Origin: Octopus bimaculoides | Taxonomy: Eukaryota | Assembly (NCBI RefSeq): GCF_001194135.2 | Contig: NC_068988.1 | Location: 89,572,672-89,636,023 of the forward strand | Direction: 5' to 3' | DNA length: 63,352 nucleotides | In this document: positions 1 to 11,121 of the stretch, piece by piece | Layout: every line of letters starts with the position of its first letter | Numbering within the stretch: position 1 is the stretch's first letter | Program-made: the position numbers and the translations under genes | Notes under the pieces: generated by a model | What the model was told of the DNA's origin: nothing | Databases searched by the model: none | The model's input: only the letters and a program-made list of their open reading frames with translations

Positions 1-32
<32 letters not shown>

Positions 33-399
33 ATTGAAAATGCACATGATACACATTCTGAGGCCCCTTTCATAATCTTTCATCTTCACCAAAAATTTAG
101 TGCATCTGCGTCATGTTTACCTCAGTGTATCATACATTTCTTATGATATTTTTCATTAGATCTAATAGAATTTTTTTAAAAATTGATTGACCTCCCTCTG
201 CTAATTATAATGCCATAAACCACGTAGTCACTCCTTATACCATTAGTTGTGAATACTAACTAATAATATATTGCAAGCGTTTTTACTTACGGGAACACTC
301 CTCTAATGTGTATTATACTCTGCCATGAGAATTTTCCCTTCTAATAGGCTACTGCCGAATCAACCACTGTTATTCCATCAAATAGTTTGCTACTTGTTT

Positions 400-790
400 A
401 GCGAAGAGCTGATAGAATCATTAGCACTCTGCGCAAAATTCTTAACAGCACTTTGTCTGTCTTTATGTTCTTTGGTTCTTTCAGTCTTTCAGGGTCAATA
501 AAATAAGTAGTAGTTGAACACTGGCGTCGATATGATAGACTTATTTCCTCCCTCAAATTTACTGGACTTTCAAAACCAAATTTTGCTTTATTGTAAGGCG
601 GCGAGAAGGCAGAATCTTTAATACACTGGGCAAAATGCTTAGAGGCTCTTTGTCCACCGTGCTTTCTCTTTCATCCTTTATAAATCAATAAAATAAGGAC
701 TATTTGAGCACCAGAGTTTATTATTCGACTTATGAACACTCGCGAATGTGCAGGCCTTGTGCCACACTTTGCAGCCAATATTCTGCTCCG
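400..790 (+). mobile_element. Two degenerate tandem copies of SINE-like family A (tRNA-like head 'AAGGCGGCGAGCTGGCAGAATC...')
   Basis: Matches better copies at 13872-14420 and 27426-28150 (shared 'tttgtctgtcttta', 'gggtcaataaaataagta', 'ggccttgtgcc' blocks). Confidence 0.7.
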
Positions 791-1794
791 AGTGAAAGCA
801 GAAGTTTATGTTTTGCACACCTTTGTTAAGTTCATGTTCATGCATGCGAGTGACCGTTGTTCAACTCCCTTATTATTCATCTAAGAAAAGGCACGCCAGT
901 TTTTTTTTTTTTAAGTGTGTTATATTTAAGGTTTCCTGTTGAGATTATACAAACAATTTATTCAAATTGAAATACAATATTCGATCTCATCTTCAAAACC
1001 ACACTCTGCACAATTTTAACACTTTACACGCTATTCGTTAACAGAGTGTCACCAAAAGATAAATCCTCAACCATCGTTACTGTATAGCAATATATTTCCT
1101 ATAGAGAACCAACACAACAATCGAACGCAACAACATTCGCCACCATTTCACAACACCCGACTGCACACTTTCACAATGCCCGGCTTCAAACAGTGGAAGC
1201 CACCCTACACTCTCCCCAGACATTTGAATGATCACAATCCTCCAAAACCACCCCACAGGACACACAGACAATTCATCTCCATTAACCCCACTTATCCAAA
1301 TTATTATAACCGGCACACACAACTATCACATGATATTTTAATTAATTAATTTTTTTCATAAACATTTATTTTTTGTTTAGATTTTCTTGAATAAAATTTA
1401 GCAATTTGGCAGACATTCTAAAAATCTTAAGTTCAATGTTGGTGGTTAAAATAGATGTAGCGAAGACGGAGGTGCTGCAGTGCTGTGTATTGGAAATGGA
1501 AAACTGAAAAATAACACGTACTCATAGTCAAACATAGACACACACAGACACACACACAAATCCTCAATCACATACACACACACACACATACACGCACACA
1601 TACCTAGATATATATATTCATATGGATATATATATCCATAAATATATATGCGCATGCATATATATATATNNNNNNNNNNNNNNNNNNNNNNNNNNNNNNN
1701 NNNNNNNNNNNNNNNNNNNNNNNNNNNNNNNNNNNNNNNNNNNNNNNNNNNNNNNNNNNNNNTATATATATACATATGCATGCGCATATATAGA

Positions 1795-2825
1795 GTAATT
1801 TAACAAAACGGAATTGCGACCTAGTGTCTGATGAAAATACTTGGCGCTTCCATCTTCAAGACTTCAGAACAGCAGTAACTGAGAAATGATACTCACCCTG
1901 ACTTATAGACGATAGAATTAAGTGAATAAGCTTGCAAGAAATTAGGCATCAAAATACTAAGGGAAACAAAACGCAACACGACGCCACTTCTCAAAATACT
2001 ACCGTATATATCAACGCACAAGTCTAGAAACAATGAGGCATGCAACACTATTGTACAAAATTTACCTATGCTTACTGGGGATCCAAATATGAACAACATT
2101 TTGAAAACACATAAATTCATCAAATGCGAAAAGCAACACAAATCGCTGAAAAGACTTCTGACAAATGCGAAGTTTACAAAACAACCACGAAACTAATGGT
2201 TACAAATGTGGGCGTCCACTCTGTGTAACATGCCCCGGGCTGTATGAAGGCTCGGAATTCTTATTCAAACAACGAGAAAGGTTCACAATTAAAACCAACT
2301 TCACATGTACCTCCGAGAATCTAATTTATGTTATAACTTGCTTCAGGTTCTGGACATAACTATAGAGGGCAGACAAGTATAGCATTTAGAAAGAGAACTA
2401 CTCTACATAAGGAACAAATCCGTTTAGCACAGTACAGTTTCCTTTGAGTGAACACATGCAGAGATGCGCAAGTAATATCCAACCAACCTTCACAGTTTTC
2501 CCCATCTACCACTGAAAATAAACAAACCCTGAGCTGCAGGAAGGTTTGGAATTCCTATTCAAACAAGGAGAGAGGTTTACAATTAAAACCAACGTCACTT
2601 GTGCCTCCGAGAATCTAAATTATGTTATAACTTGCTTCAGGTTGTGAACGTAAATATATATAAGGTAGACAAGTATGGCATTGAGAAGGAGAAGCACACT
2701 CCATAAGAAATAAATCCGTTTACCACAGTACAGACAGATTCCTTTGAGTGTTTCACATAGAGAGATGTGCAAGTAATATCCAACCTTCACAATTTTCACC
2801 CATCTACCAGTGCAAATAAACAATT
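1795..2825 (+). mobile_element. Penelope-like retroelement 3' part (RT C-terminus, linker, GIY-YIG endonuclease), pseudogenised, with partial tandem duplication
   Basis: Translation gives ...LVSDENTWRFHLQDF...LIDDRIK, ILPYISTHKSRNNEA...NLPML...MNNILK...KSLKRLLTNAKF, then KCGRPLCVTCP...FTIKTNFTCTSENLIYVITC...PLSEHMQRC. The CxxC / FTC-x-S-x-NLIYVITC pattern is typical of PLE GIY-YIG domains. Segment ~2250-2520 is repeated at ~2548-2820. Confidence 0.88.
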
Positions 2826-3604
2826 TCTATACAAGGAAGTTTAAATAAAGTAATAATTCCTTCTGTTTCTCTATACAATCATGATTTTTGATGAACTTAA
2901 AAGATGAACTTAAAATAATTATAAATTTATTCTACAGCCTATTTTGAACACTTTCATGTAAACTGTTTAAACAAAAAGATCCACTTAACATTTTCTTATC
3001 ATTGTCACGCATATATATATGCATATATANNNNNNNNNNNNNNNNNNNNNNNNNNNNNNNNNNNNNNNNNNNNNNNNNNNNNNNNNNNNNNNNNNNNNNN
3101 NNNNNNNNNNNNNNNNNNNNNNNNNNNNNNNNNNNNNNNNNNNNNNNNNNNNNNNNNNNNNNNNNNNNNNNNNNNNNNNNNNNNNNNNNNNNNNNNNNNN
3201 NNNNNNNNNNNNNNNNNNNNNNNNNNNNNNNNNNNNNNNNNNNNNNNNNNNNNNNNNNNNNNNNNNNNNNNNNNNNNNNNNNNNNNNNNNNNNNNNNNNN
3301 NNNNNNNNNNNNNNNNNNNNNNNNNNNNNNNNNNNNNNNNNNNNNNNNNNNNNNNNNNNNNNNNNNNNNNNNNNNNNNNNNNNNNNNNNNNNNNNNNNNN
3401 NNNNNNNNNNNNNNNNNNNNNNNNNNNNNNNNNNNNNNNNNNNNNNNNNNNNNNNNNNNNNNNNNNNNNNNNNNNNNNNNNNNNNNNNNNNNNNNNNNNN
3501 NNNNNNNNNNNNNNNNNNNNNNNNNNNNNNNNNNNNNNNNNNNNNNNTATATATATAGTTATTAATATTTCTAAGTCTCTCTATATATATCTGTGTGTGT
3601 ATGT

Positions 3605-3659
<55 letters not shown>

Positions 3660-3689
3660 TATATACTTTTAGATGCCGTGTCGAACATG

Positions 3690-4200
3690 TTTTTCCATTC
3701 TTGTAAGTCATGTTTTAACTTTATCTATTGTTTCGGTAAATACTTGTTTACATAGATCTGTCTGATTTATTATTTGTCCTATACATTTGAAGTTTTTCCT
3801 TGCTCAACCTTCTGTCCATCTACCATTTCATTTGTTTCCTTTTGTTTTTCCTTACGCATAATCATTGTCTTTGCTTTATATCCATTTTTATTTAGACATA
3901 CCTTCTTACTTTGCTCTGTTACAACATCAATTATTCTGAAAATCCATTGTCGTCGTCTACTTATAAATGTCTATTACAAGCACAACTTATTTATGTTCAT
4001 GCCTTCAACTGGTAGTCCTTTGGTCACATCTAACTCTCCGAAAATAAATTCAGTATAGATATTAACCAGCTAAGGTGTCAATATACATCCGTGTGTTACT
4101 CCTCTTTTCATCTTTGCGTGTTCCCATAATTCCTGGCTTATATTAATATCTACATTTTGGTTCCAGTGTAATACACAAATGTTTCTTCTGTCGTTTCCTT
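3690..4200 (-). mobile_element. RTE-like LINE reverse transcriptase fragment
   Basis: Minus translation KMKRGVTHGCILTP*LVNIYTEFIFGEL...GMNINKL resembles the RT motif GVRQGCILSPxLFNIY. It is followed by ...EQSKKVCLNKNGYKAKTMIM. Confidence 0.82.
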
Positions 4201-4309
4201 CAAAGCGGGCTGTTTCTCAAGAGGTGACCAGCTCACTGTAGTTCACAATGTCGAATACCTTGTCATAATGACGGTCCCTAAATACAACAGAATCTATGTC
4301 AACACGCAA

Positions 4310-4570
4310 GTTCACATTAATTCCCAACCACATGGTGCCAGGTTCACTACCACATTGTTTCTTGTACTATAGCTTCCAAAGAGTTTCAATGGATCTGGCA
4401 GACAGACACTGGAAGCACTCGTCATATATATAAATATGTGTGTGTATATGTGTTTGTGGTAATGGTTGACAAACGGTGTTGGTTACTTTACATCCTCAGT
4501 GAAGTAAAATCGTTGAGACGAGATGGCTTTTATACCAATAAGAACACAAGATGGGTAGTTTAGCTCTTAA
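4310..4570 (+). mobile_element. SINE family B (degenerate)
   Basis: 'ttcccaaccacatggtgccaggttcact...ggatctggcagacagacactggaagcactcgtcatatata' matches the copies at 22300 and 25770. Confidence 0.75.
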
Positions 4571-4961
4571 ACGTTTTAGTAAGATCTGATATTAGCGTCT
4601 CGCTTTTGGGGTTTAGATAAAGATCTGTCACTCAGGGATCTATTCAGGATAATACCATTCTCTGATTTACGTTGTTCACATCTGCTAACGTTTCCATACT
4701 TTGTGATCTGTGCACAAATCTCCTTACCATTCGGCCTTCATTTTCAACTGCAGATGTAATCTGAATGTTTACTTGCGTAGTACTTGCCCTTGAAACTACT
4801 TGCATGTCAAAATAGCGCTCTTGACCCTGATGTTATGACTTGTTTAAATTTTGCTTCATATACCATTCTCTTTCAGCTCTATATTTAAGAGATGAGGAAT
4901 TATGTACATTATTTACACTTTTTATATTTGACGGATATTTGTCCTCATCTTGTTTGCTGTT

Positions 4962-5007
4962 AACACAACGTTTCGGCTGATATACCCTCCAACCTTCATC
5001 AGATGTT
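4962..5007 (-). ncRNA. Minimal type I hammerhead ribozyme (Penelope-type), core intact
   Basis: AACAU-CUGAUGA-A-GGUUG(GAGGGUAUAU)CAGCC-GAAAC-GU-U^-GUGUU. Conserved CUGAUGA and GAAA cores; stem II 5 bp; stem I AACAU/GUGUU; palindromic ACGU stem III; GUU cleavage triplet. Confidence 0.8.
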
Positions 5008-5089
5008 TCGGGGAAATTTCGAACCTGGGTTCTCATTCCTATGGTATGTTTTTGATGAGATCCACAACCTAGTGCTGGATCAGGACATT

Positions 5090-5103
5090 TATTATTATTA
5101 TTA

Positions 5104-5183
<80 letters not shown>
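5090..5183. repeat. (ATT)n microsatellite
   Basis: Direct reading. Confidence 0.98.
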
Positions 5184-5186
5184 CCA

Positions 5187-5258
5187 GATCACTGCCTAGA
5201 ATCAAACTCGGAATTTTGGGGTTAGTAGCACGCGCTATTAACCGCTACGCTATATGCC
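5187..5258 (-). mobile_element. tRNA-Arg-like SINE head (not a functional tRNA)
   Basis: GGCATATAGCGTAGCGGTTAATAGCGCGTGCTACTAACCCCAAAATTCCGAGTTTGATTCTAGGCAGTGATC has A and B boxes and a CT-ACT-AA anticodon-like loop. Its T-arm region resembles tRNA-Arg(ACG) 'AAGATTCCAGGTTCGACTCCTGGC', but the stems are mismatched. Confidence 0.7.
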
Positions 5259-5280
5259 TATATGCATGGAAAAATACCTG

Positions 5281-5416
5281 AAGAATATGAACCCAGGTTC
5301 GAAACTTCCCCAAGACACCTGATGAAGGCTGGAAAATATATCAACCAAAATGCTGTGTTAACAACAAACAAGATGAAGACAAATATCCGTCAAATATAAA
5401 TAATGTAAATAATGAC
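5281..5416 (+). mobile_element. Inverted second copy of the hammerhead-bearing unit; ribozyme (5314-5359) degenerate
   Basis: Reverse complement of 4898-5040. Reads GACAC-CTGATGA-A-GGCTG...CAACC-AAAAT-GCT-GTGTT, so the GAAAC core has become AAAAT. Confidence 0.8.
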
Positions 5417-6720
5417 CATGCTCTTTGTATTGCAGAATTTACTTGGTGGTCGTGCGCCTTCTTCCTATAAAAACAGACGTCTTCATCATTTGAGGTCGTC
5501 TTATACGGAAATATTGCCCTCACATTTCACTACAAATAAATGTTATCCTTAAGATTTAGCCCGTTACAAATGTTTTCTATATGCATGCCTTCAAGGGAGT
5601 ATTTTGTGTACTATACATTACATGACACTTGGTTGTGGGGTGAAGATTACACAGACACTTTCTCTGGGATCTAGGTTAGGTACATGGCAATATTCACTTT
5701 GGAGCATTATCCGTCTCTGCAGTACAAATAAACATGAATACATGTATTCACTATTGCCAGGGGAAAAGTGTTTCCCTTTATTTAAACAAGAAATGTCACA
5801 GTTCCAGTACCGGCCCACATTAAACAAATGAACTTGAATTTTTTCCACCACCAATCTGACTGTGACATCAAATTCGTCGCACGATCAATCATTAAATATC
5901 TCTTACAAAATTTCTTGAGTTTTATTACGATATAGCTTACATCCACCCATTCTCTCTATTCCCAAAATCTGAATTAAACATAATACTCAGTTTCATAATC
6001 CACTTTTCCATGTACAAAACGTAACTGATCCCTTACAATATAGAATAGTTTCAATTATTTTTAATAATGATTTTACTTTCAATTTTCATATTTTTTCATT
6101 ACATTCTTATACAGATGATTTTAATAACGTATTCGGTAATGCTCATAAATAACAAATATCTCCAGTTGAGAAGAGAAAGCGTACTACACGTAATTGAACT
6201 TGCAAACAAAACCCCAACAATTGCTTACATTCTACAATGCTCCATCATTAGTGAATGTATGTTTTATACAGAAAAAACATTCTCGTGTTCCGAAAAACTA
6301 GGGTAAAGTTCATTTTAACATGGCTGACGTTTTCAGCAAACCTGATAAAATGTCTGAAGATTTAAATAGGGAAGGTGGTATTAATCCCATTTAACTTAAT
6401 TCGACATAAAGCAGGAGATTATCTGAAGCTTGGTGTAGCCTACTTCAGATGAAATTTCGTAATACGTGTGCGTGAGTGTATGTGCATGTGTGTGTATGCG
6501 CATGTGTGTGTATGCGAGTGTGTGTGTATGTGTATGTGCGTGAACGCACTAGTATGCCTGCATGAGTCAATGAGTGCATGTATGTTTAAGCGCGTGCACA
6601 CACTCACATACAGACAGATGCACTAAGTATACATATATACAAACACACACACACACACACATATACACATATATCTATATTTGTGCCACTCTGTCTATTT
6701 CCTTTACTTTGCTTCTCTTA

Positions 6721-6751
<31 letters not shown>

Positions 6752-6784
6752 GCTGTCAGTCTTTCTCTCTTACCCTCCTCCAAG

Positions 6785-6886
6785 TATCACGTGATCCGTG
6801 ACGGCCTAAGGCGGTATCATTTTTGTTCACATTGCCTTCGACCGGACTGGACAAGACTTTGTGAGCTCCTCGCTTCTTTTAATTTC

Positions 6887-6937
<51 letters not shown>

Positions 6938-7040
6938 TCTCTTTCTCTCTCTCTTACTTTCTCAGTAACCTTCCTCCCACTATCACATGATGCGTGACGG
7001 CCTAAGGCGGTGTCATTGCATTCGACCGGACTTCTCAAGA
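6785..7040. repeat. Local direct repeat (~60-75 bp, offset 196 bp) flanking a (CT)n tract
   Basis: TATCACGTGATCCGTGACGGCCTAAGGCGGTATCAT...TTCGACCGGACT at 6785 and TATCACATGATGCGTGACGGCCTAAGGCGGTGTCAT...TTCGACCGGACT at 6981. Confidence 0.9.
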
Positions 7041-7449
7041 TGTTCTAATCTCCTAGCTAAAACCCCCACCGCACCCACAGCCACCATCTCTATAGTCCTT
7101 TAAGACAGTTTTTCATTTCTTATTCACGTTTCCCATTTTGGTCTCGTGTTGCAGCTCTGAGGCTTTTTTTTTTTTTTGTTGTATATGTATTATTATCATC
7201 TTAATTAATTTCTTCGTGTATCCTTAAGCATTTATTCTGTTTATTGTCTTGTCCTTCGTCCGTCTCGAGCCCATCTAGTTTTGCTATGTTTTTGTCCTAT
7301 TCCCGGTGCTTCCAGAGTAAACGATACTTGCCGAAATTTCACTCGGCCCTCTGGCCGTTAACGGAAGAGGATTTGGTGACCAATGTTTTACGGTCGTCTG
7401 TGTATTTAGTATATGCTTGTATGTCTATTTACTACACGTTTTTTTTTTA

Positions 7450-7500
<51 letters not shown>

Positions 7501-8196
7501 GTATGTTTGTATATATGTATNNNNNNNNNNTATGTATGCATGTATGTATGTATGTATGTATGTATGTGTGTATGCATGTATGTATGTATGTATGTATGCC
7601 ATATTTTACGTTTGTCTTTTTATTTAATCCTGAAAATATATTTGTATGTATATATGTCTGTATGTATGTATTCATTCATTCTCGAATAAAGATTTGCATA
7701 TCTAAATAGATACATATATACTTACAAACACATGTGCATGTGGTTGAGTATTTAAGATTTAAGCTAATTGCTATACATAAATAAATGTTAGAGCACATAG
7801 AATAACTGAATAATAGAGTCAAACGTGAAACGGAGAAACATTATCACCGCTCTTCTTGAATTTCCAAATGCCTAATGTCTTAAGTGAAATTCAAATTCAT
7901 TGAAAATGTAAAATCTAGAGATTACCGTAAAAGATAATCTGTGTGTCTTTATTTCTCCTACCCTAGCATACTAAATCTTTGTTCGTATAGACGTTACGTA
8001 ATTTCGGTGACGTCATTCTACCGCAATCTCTATAAGGAAATACAATACGCAAAATTGCCAATAAGGATGCTGTTTCTCTATTGCTTGTGAGCGAGTGTGT
8101 ATTTCTGTGCACGTGAGTATATATTCACTAAACGTTTCAGACATTCTATATACCTTTAAATGGTTTTAAAATTATATTATGTATAACTGCCTATCC

Positions 8197-8252
<56 letters not shown>

Positions 8253-8922
8253 GTCTGTCTCTCTNNNNNNNNNNNNNNNNNNNNNNNNNNNNNNNNNNNN
8301 NNNNNNNNNNNNNNNNNNNNNNNNNNNNNNNNNNNNNNNNNNNNNNNNNNNNNNNNNNNNNNNNNNNNNNNNNNNNNNNNNNNNNNNNNNNNNNNNNNNN
8401 NNNNNNNNNNNNNNNNNNNNNNNNNNNNNNNNNNNNNNNNNNNNNNNNNNNNNNNNNNNNNNNNNNNNNNNNNNNNNNNNNNNNNNNNNNNNNNNNNNNN
8501 NNNNNNNNNNNNNNNNNNNNNNNNNNNNNNNNNNNNNNNNNNNNNNNNNNNNNNNNNNNNNNNNNNNNNNNNNNNNNNNNNNNNNNNNNNNNNNNNNNNN
8601 NNNNNNNNNNNNNNNNNNNNNNNNNNNNNNNNNNNNNNNNNNNNNNNNNNNNNNNNNNNNNNNNNNNNNNNNNNNNNNNNNNNNNNNNNNNNNNNNNNNN
8701 NNNNNNNNNNNNNNNNNNNNNNNNNNNNNNNNNNNNNNNNNNNNNNNNNNNNNNNNNNNNNNNNNNNNNNNNNNNNNNNNNNNNNNNNNNNNNNNNNNNN
8801 NNNNNNNNNNNNNNNNNNNNNNNNNNNNNNNNNNNNNNNNNNNNNNNNNNNNNNNNNNNNNNNNNNNNNNNNNNNNNNNNNNNNNNNNNNNNNNNNNNNN
8901 NNNNNNNNNNNNNNNNNNNNAC

Positions 8923-9077
8923 CAGCAACAGTTGCTTCACCACATACCGAAGTTCAGAAATAGCAGCTAAAATGCTGAAACTCCAACAGATAGCATTACT
9001 TGTAACTCACAAAGTGGAGTCTCAGCATTTTAGCTGCTATTTCTGAACTTCGGTATGTGGTGAAGCAACTGTTGCTG
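8923..9077. repeat. Long inverted repeat / MITE-like hairpin (63-bp arms, 29-nt spacer)
   Basis: 8923-8985 is the reverse complement of 9015-9077 with one mismatch. Confidence 0.95.
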
Positions 9078-9137
9078 ATCCCTTAATTGTTTATAAATAT
9101 ATATATTTATATATATATGCATACATATGTATATTTA

Positions 9138-9184
<47 letters not shown>

Positions 9185-9233
9185 TTATTTCTATATGCGT
9201 ACATACATATATACATATATATATATATACATA

Positions 9234-9266
<33 letters not shown>

Positions 9267-9289
9267 TAATATATACATATGTGCCTACA

Positions 9290-9900
9290 TATCTGTGCAG
9301 TTTTTCTTTAATATTTTTATTACTTTTCAAAATTAAGATATACAAATTTCTTTTTTAATCTAAAGTATACTCTATGTCACTTTCTACACTGGTCTTCCAT
9401 CTCTCTGGTAGACTTGCAAAGGCCTTCTTCCAAAATTCATTTGTCTGTGACGAAAAATACTCCTCCAATACTGTTCTGACTTGGTATACAGAATTCACAT
9501 TTTGTCCGTCGAAATGATTCTGAAGACTGCAGAATAAATGATAATCAGATGGGGCAATGTCCGGCGAATATGGTAGCGGGATATCGTTTCCCATTCAAAC
9601 TGCTGCAGCCTTTACAATGTTATCCTCGTTGTATGTGGCCGAGCATTATCCTGATGGAAGAACTCTTTTCGACTTGGAACCGAATGTGGTCGTTTTTCTT
9701 CTAGCGCTTATTTAAGCCGCTCAAGCCGCTTGCAGTGAATTTCCTTTCTTATCGTTTGCTTTAAGTTTAAAAGTTCAGAGTGGACTAAACCTTTCATTTC
9801 CCACCAAAAATATAACACATTACGTGGATGAATACTTTCTTTAACCTGGGGTACCGGTGTTAATCCTTTCCCTCCCCCACTGTCTTCAGCGCTTAACATT
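9290..9900 (-). mobile_element. Mariner (DD34D-type) transposase 3' fragment
   Basis: PYSPDIAPSDYHLFCSLQNHFDGQ...FWKKAFASLPERWKTSVESDIEY*, plus upstream LYFWWEMKGLVHSELL. Confidence 0.92.
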
Positions 9901-9901
9901 T

Positions 9902-11121
9902 TTATGGAGGATCCATTTTTCGCCAGCAGTCACAATTCGGTCTACAAAATTTATACAATAAAATATCGGCATTGGCTTCAACCACGGCGTCGAGTTGACT
10001 CTGGATCCTGCTGCAACTACTCCGGACAGTTTTGTTGTTGGTCAATGCTGCCATCATCCTTACCTTCAGTTCATCTTTGGTGTTTAAATGTAATTTGCTG
10101 GCATCTCGCTCAGCTACGCACCACACAATAATCAAGGGGGTTGCAGTCTGTGGAGTAAGGTGGCTAGATGTTGGGTGTGATGTGGCCGCAGAAATTGTCT
10201 GACAGCCATGACTGGGTTCTCCTGCTTGTGTGGCATGGTGCACAGTCCTGTTGGCAGACATAGGATCTCCCAGCAGCCAACCTCTTCACCCAAGGCAGCA
10301 GTACCCCCTCCAGGCATTTGATGTAGGCCCTCATGTTGAGTCTAAGGCCTTATGGGAAGATGAATAGAAGCATATCGTAGCCGTTACTACTGATCAATCC
10401 AAAGACCATGATGTTGACTACATGTTTGATTTTTATCACTTACGGTACATGTTTTTGCCACAGGGCAAGCCAACGTCCTTTCCTTGCAGAAAATGTTCTC
10501 GTCTAAGAAAAAACAAGGCATATTCGGTTGGAGGGGGATGCTTCAGCTTGTTCAAAAGCTTCGTAGCGCGGTCTTTCGTATTCTCCTTGGTGGCTCGGGA
10601 CAAAAATTGGCCCTTTCTTATATTGTATGAGGAATACCGAATGTCTTGATGCACTACCTGCCTGATAAGAAACTCAGACACTTCCATATCCCTGACAGTG
10701 GACCTGATTGATTTCGAGGGGTCGTTGTCAATCATGGGCTGGTTCTCACCAACAAATTCAGGTGTTTTTTTTCTTATCAGAACGTTAAGAGAGAGTTTTC
10801 CGAACTGCCGTAACTTCGTAATCGAAATTAGACTCATCCAACTCTTTCTGAATTCCCTGAAATATCCTCAGTTTAAAACCCAAACACTCTGAAATATTCG
10901 TATTGGAGCTCCTGGCCCGAATGCCAAGCAGTACAGCATTTCGGTTCCAAATTTCTTGCAGATTGAAGTGCGTCAGAGTGAATTACGTGAATTGGTGCTG
11001 GTATTCTCACACTGTGCCCAAAAGACCCTACTATACTGGGTAGTCTACGGAATAAAAAAACAAACAATGCGCATGCGCAACATAAAATACAAAGTTGCAA
11101 CAATTTACTCATCGCATCCCG
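9902..11121 (-). mobile_element. Tc1/mariner-superfamily element, maT/DD37D-like, decayed
   Basis: MIDNDPSKSIRSTVRDMEVSEFLIRQVVHQDIRYSSY...KGQFLS...KLLNKLKHP and C-terminal ...VAERDASKLHLNTKDELK...SRIQSQLDAVVEANAD. TIR-like end 'caatttactcatcgcatcccg' followed by TA at 11122. Confidence 0.85.

Larger units (their letters stand above)
4874..5258 (-). mobile_element. Non-autonomous composite element: tRNA-derived head, (AAT)n, linker, hammerhead-ribozyme unit
   Basis: Minus-strand order: tRNA-like 72 nt (5258-5187; A-box TAGCGTAGCGG, B-box GAGTTTGATTC), (AAT)n 5183-5090, linker, hammerhead 5007-4962, 3' tail to ~4874. Confidence 0.7.

Noticed and set aside
1083-1345. CA-rich open frames on both strands (81-aa minus ORF)
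   Set aside because: No splice or homology support; at most a faint Penelope EN echo (HHFNTPDCTLSQ), too weak to call.
5187-5258. tRNA gene with ACT anticodon
   Set aside because: Acceptor and anticodon stems are mismatched and it is embedded in a repeat with an (AAT)n tail, so it is a SINE head.
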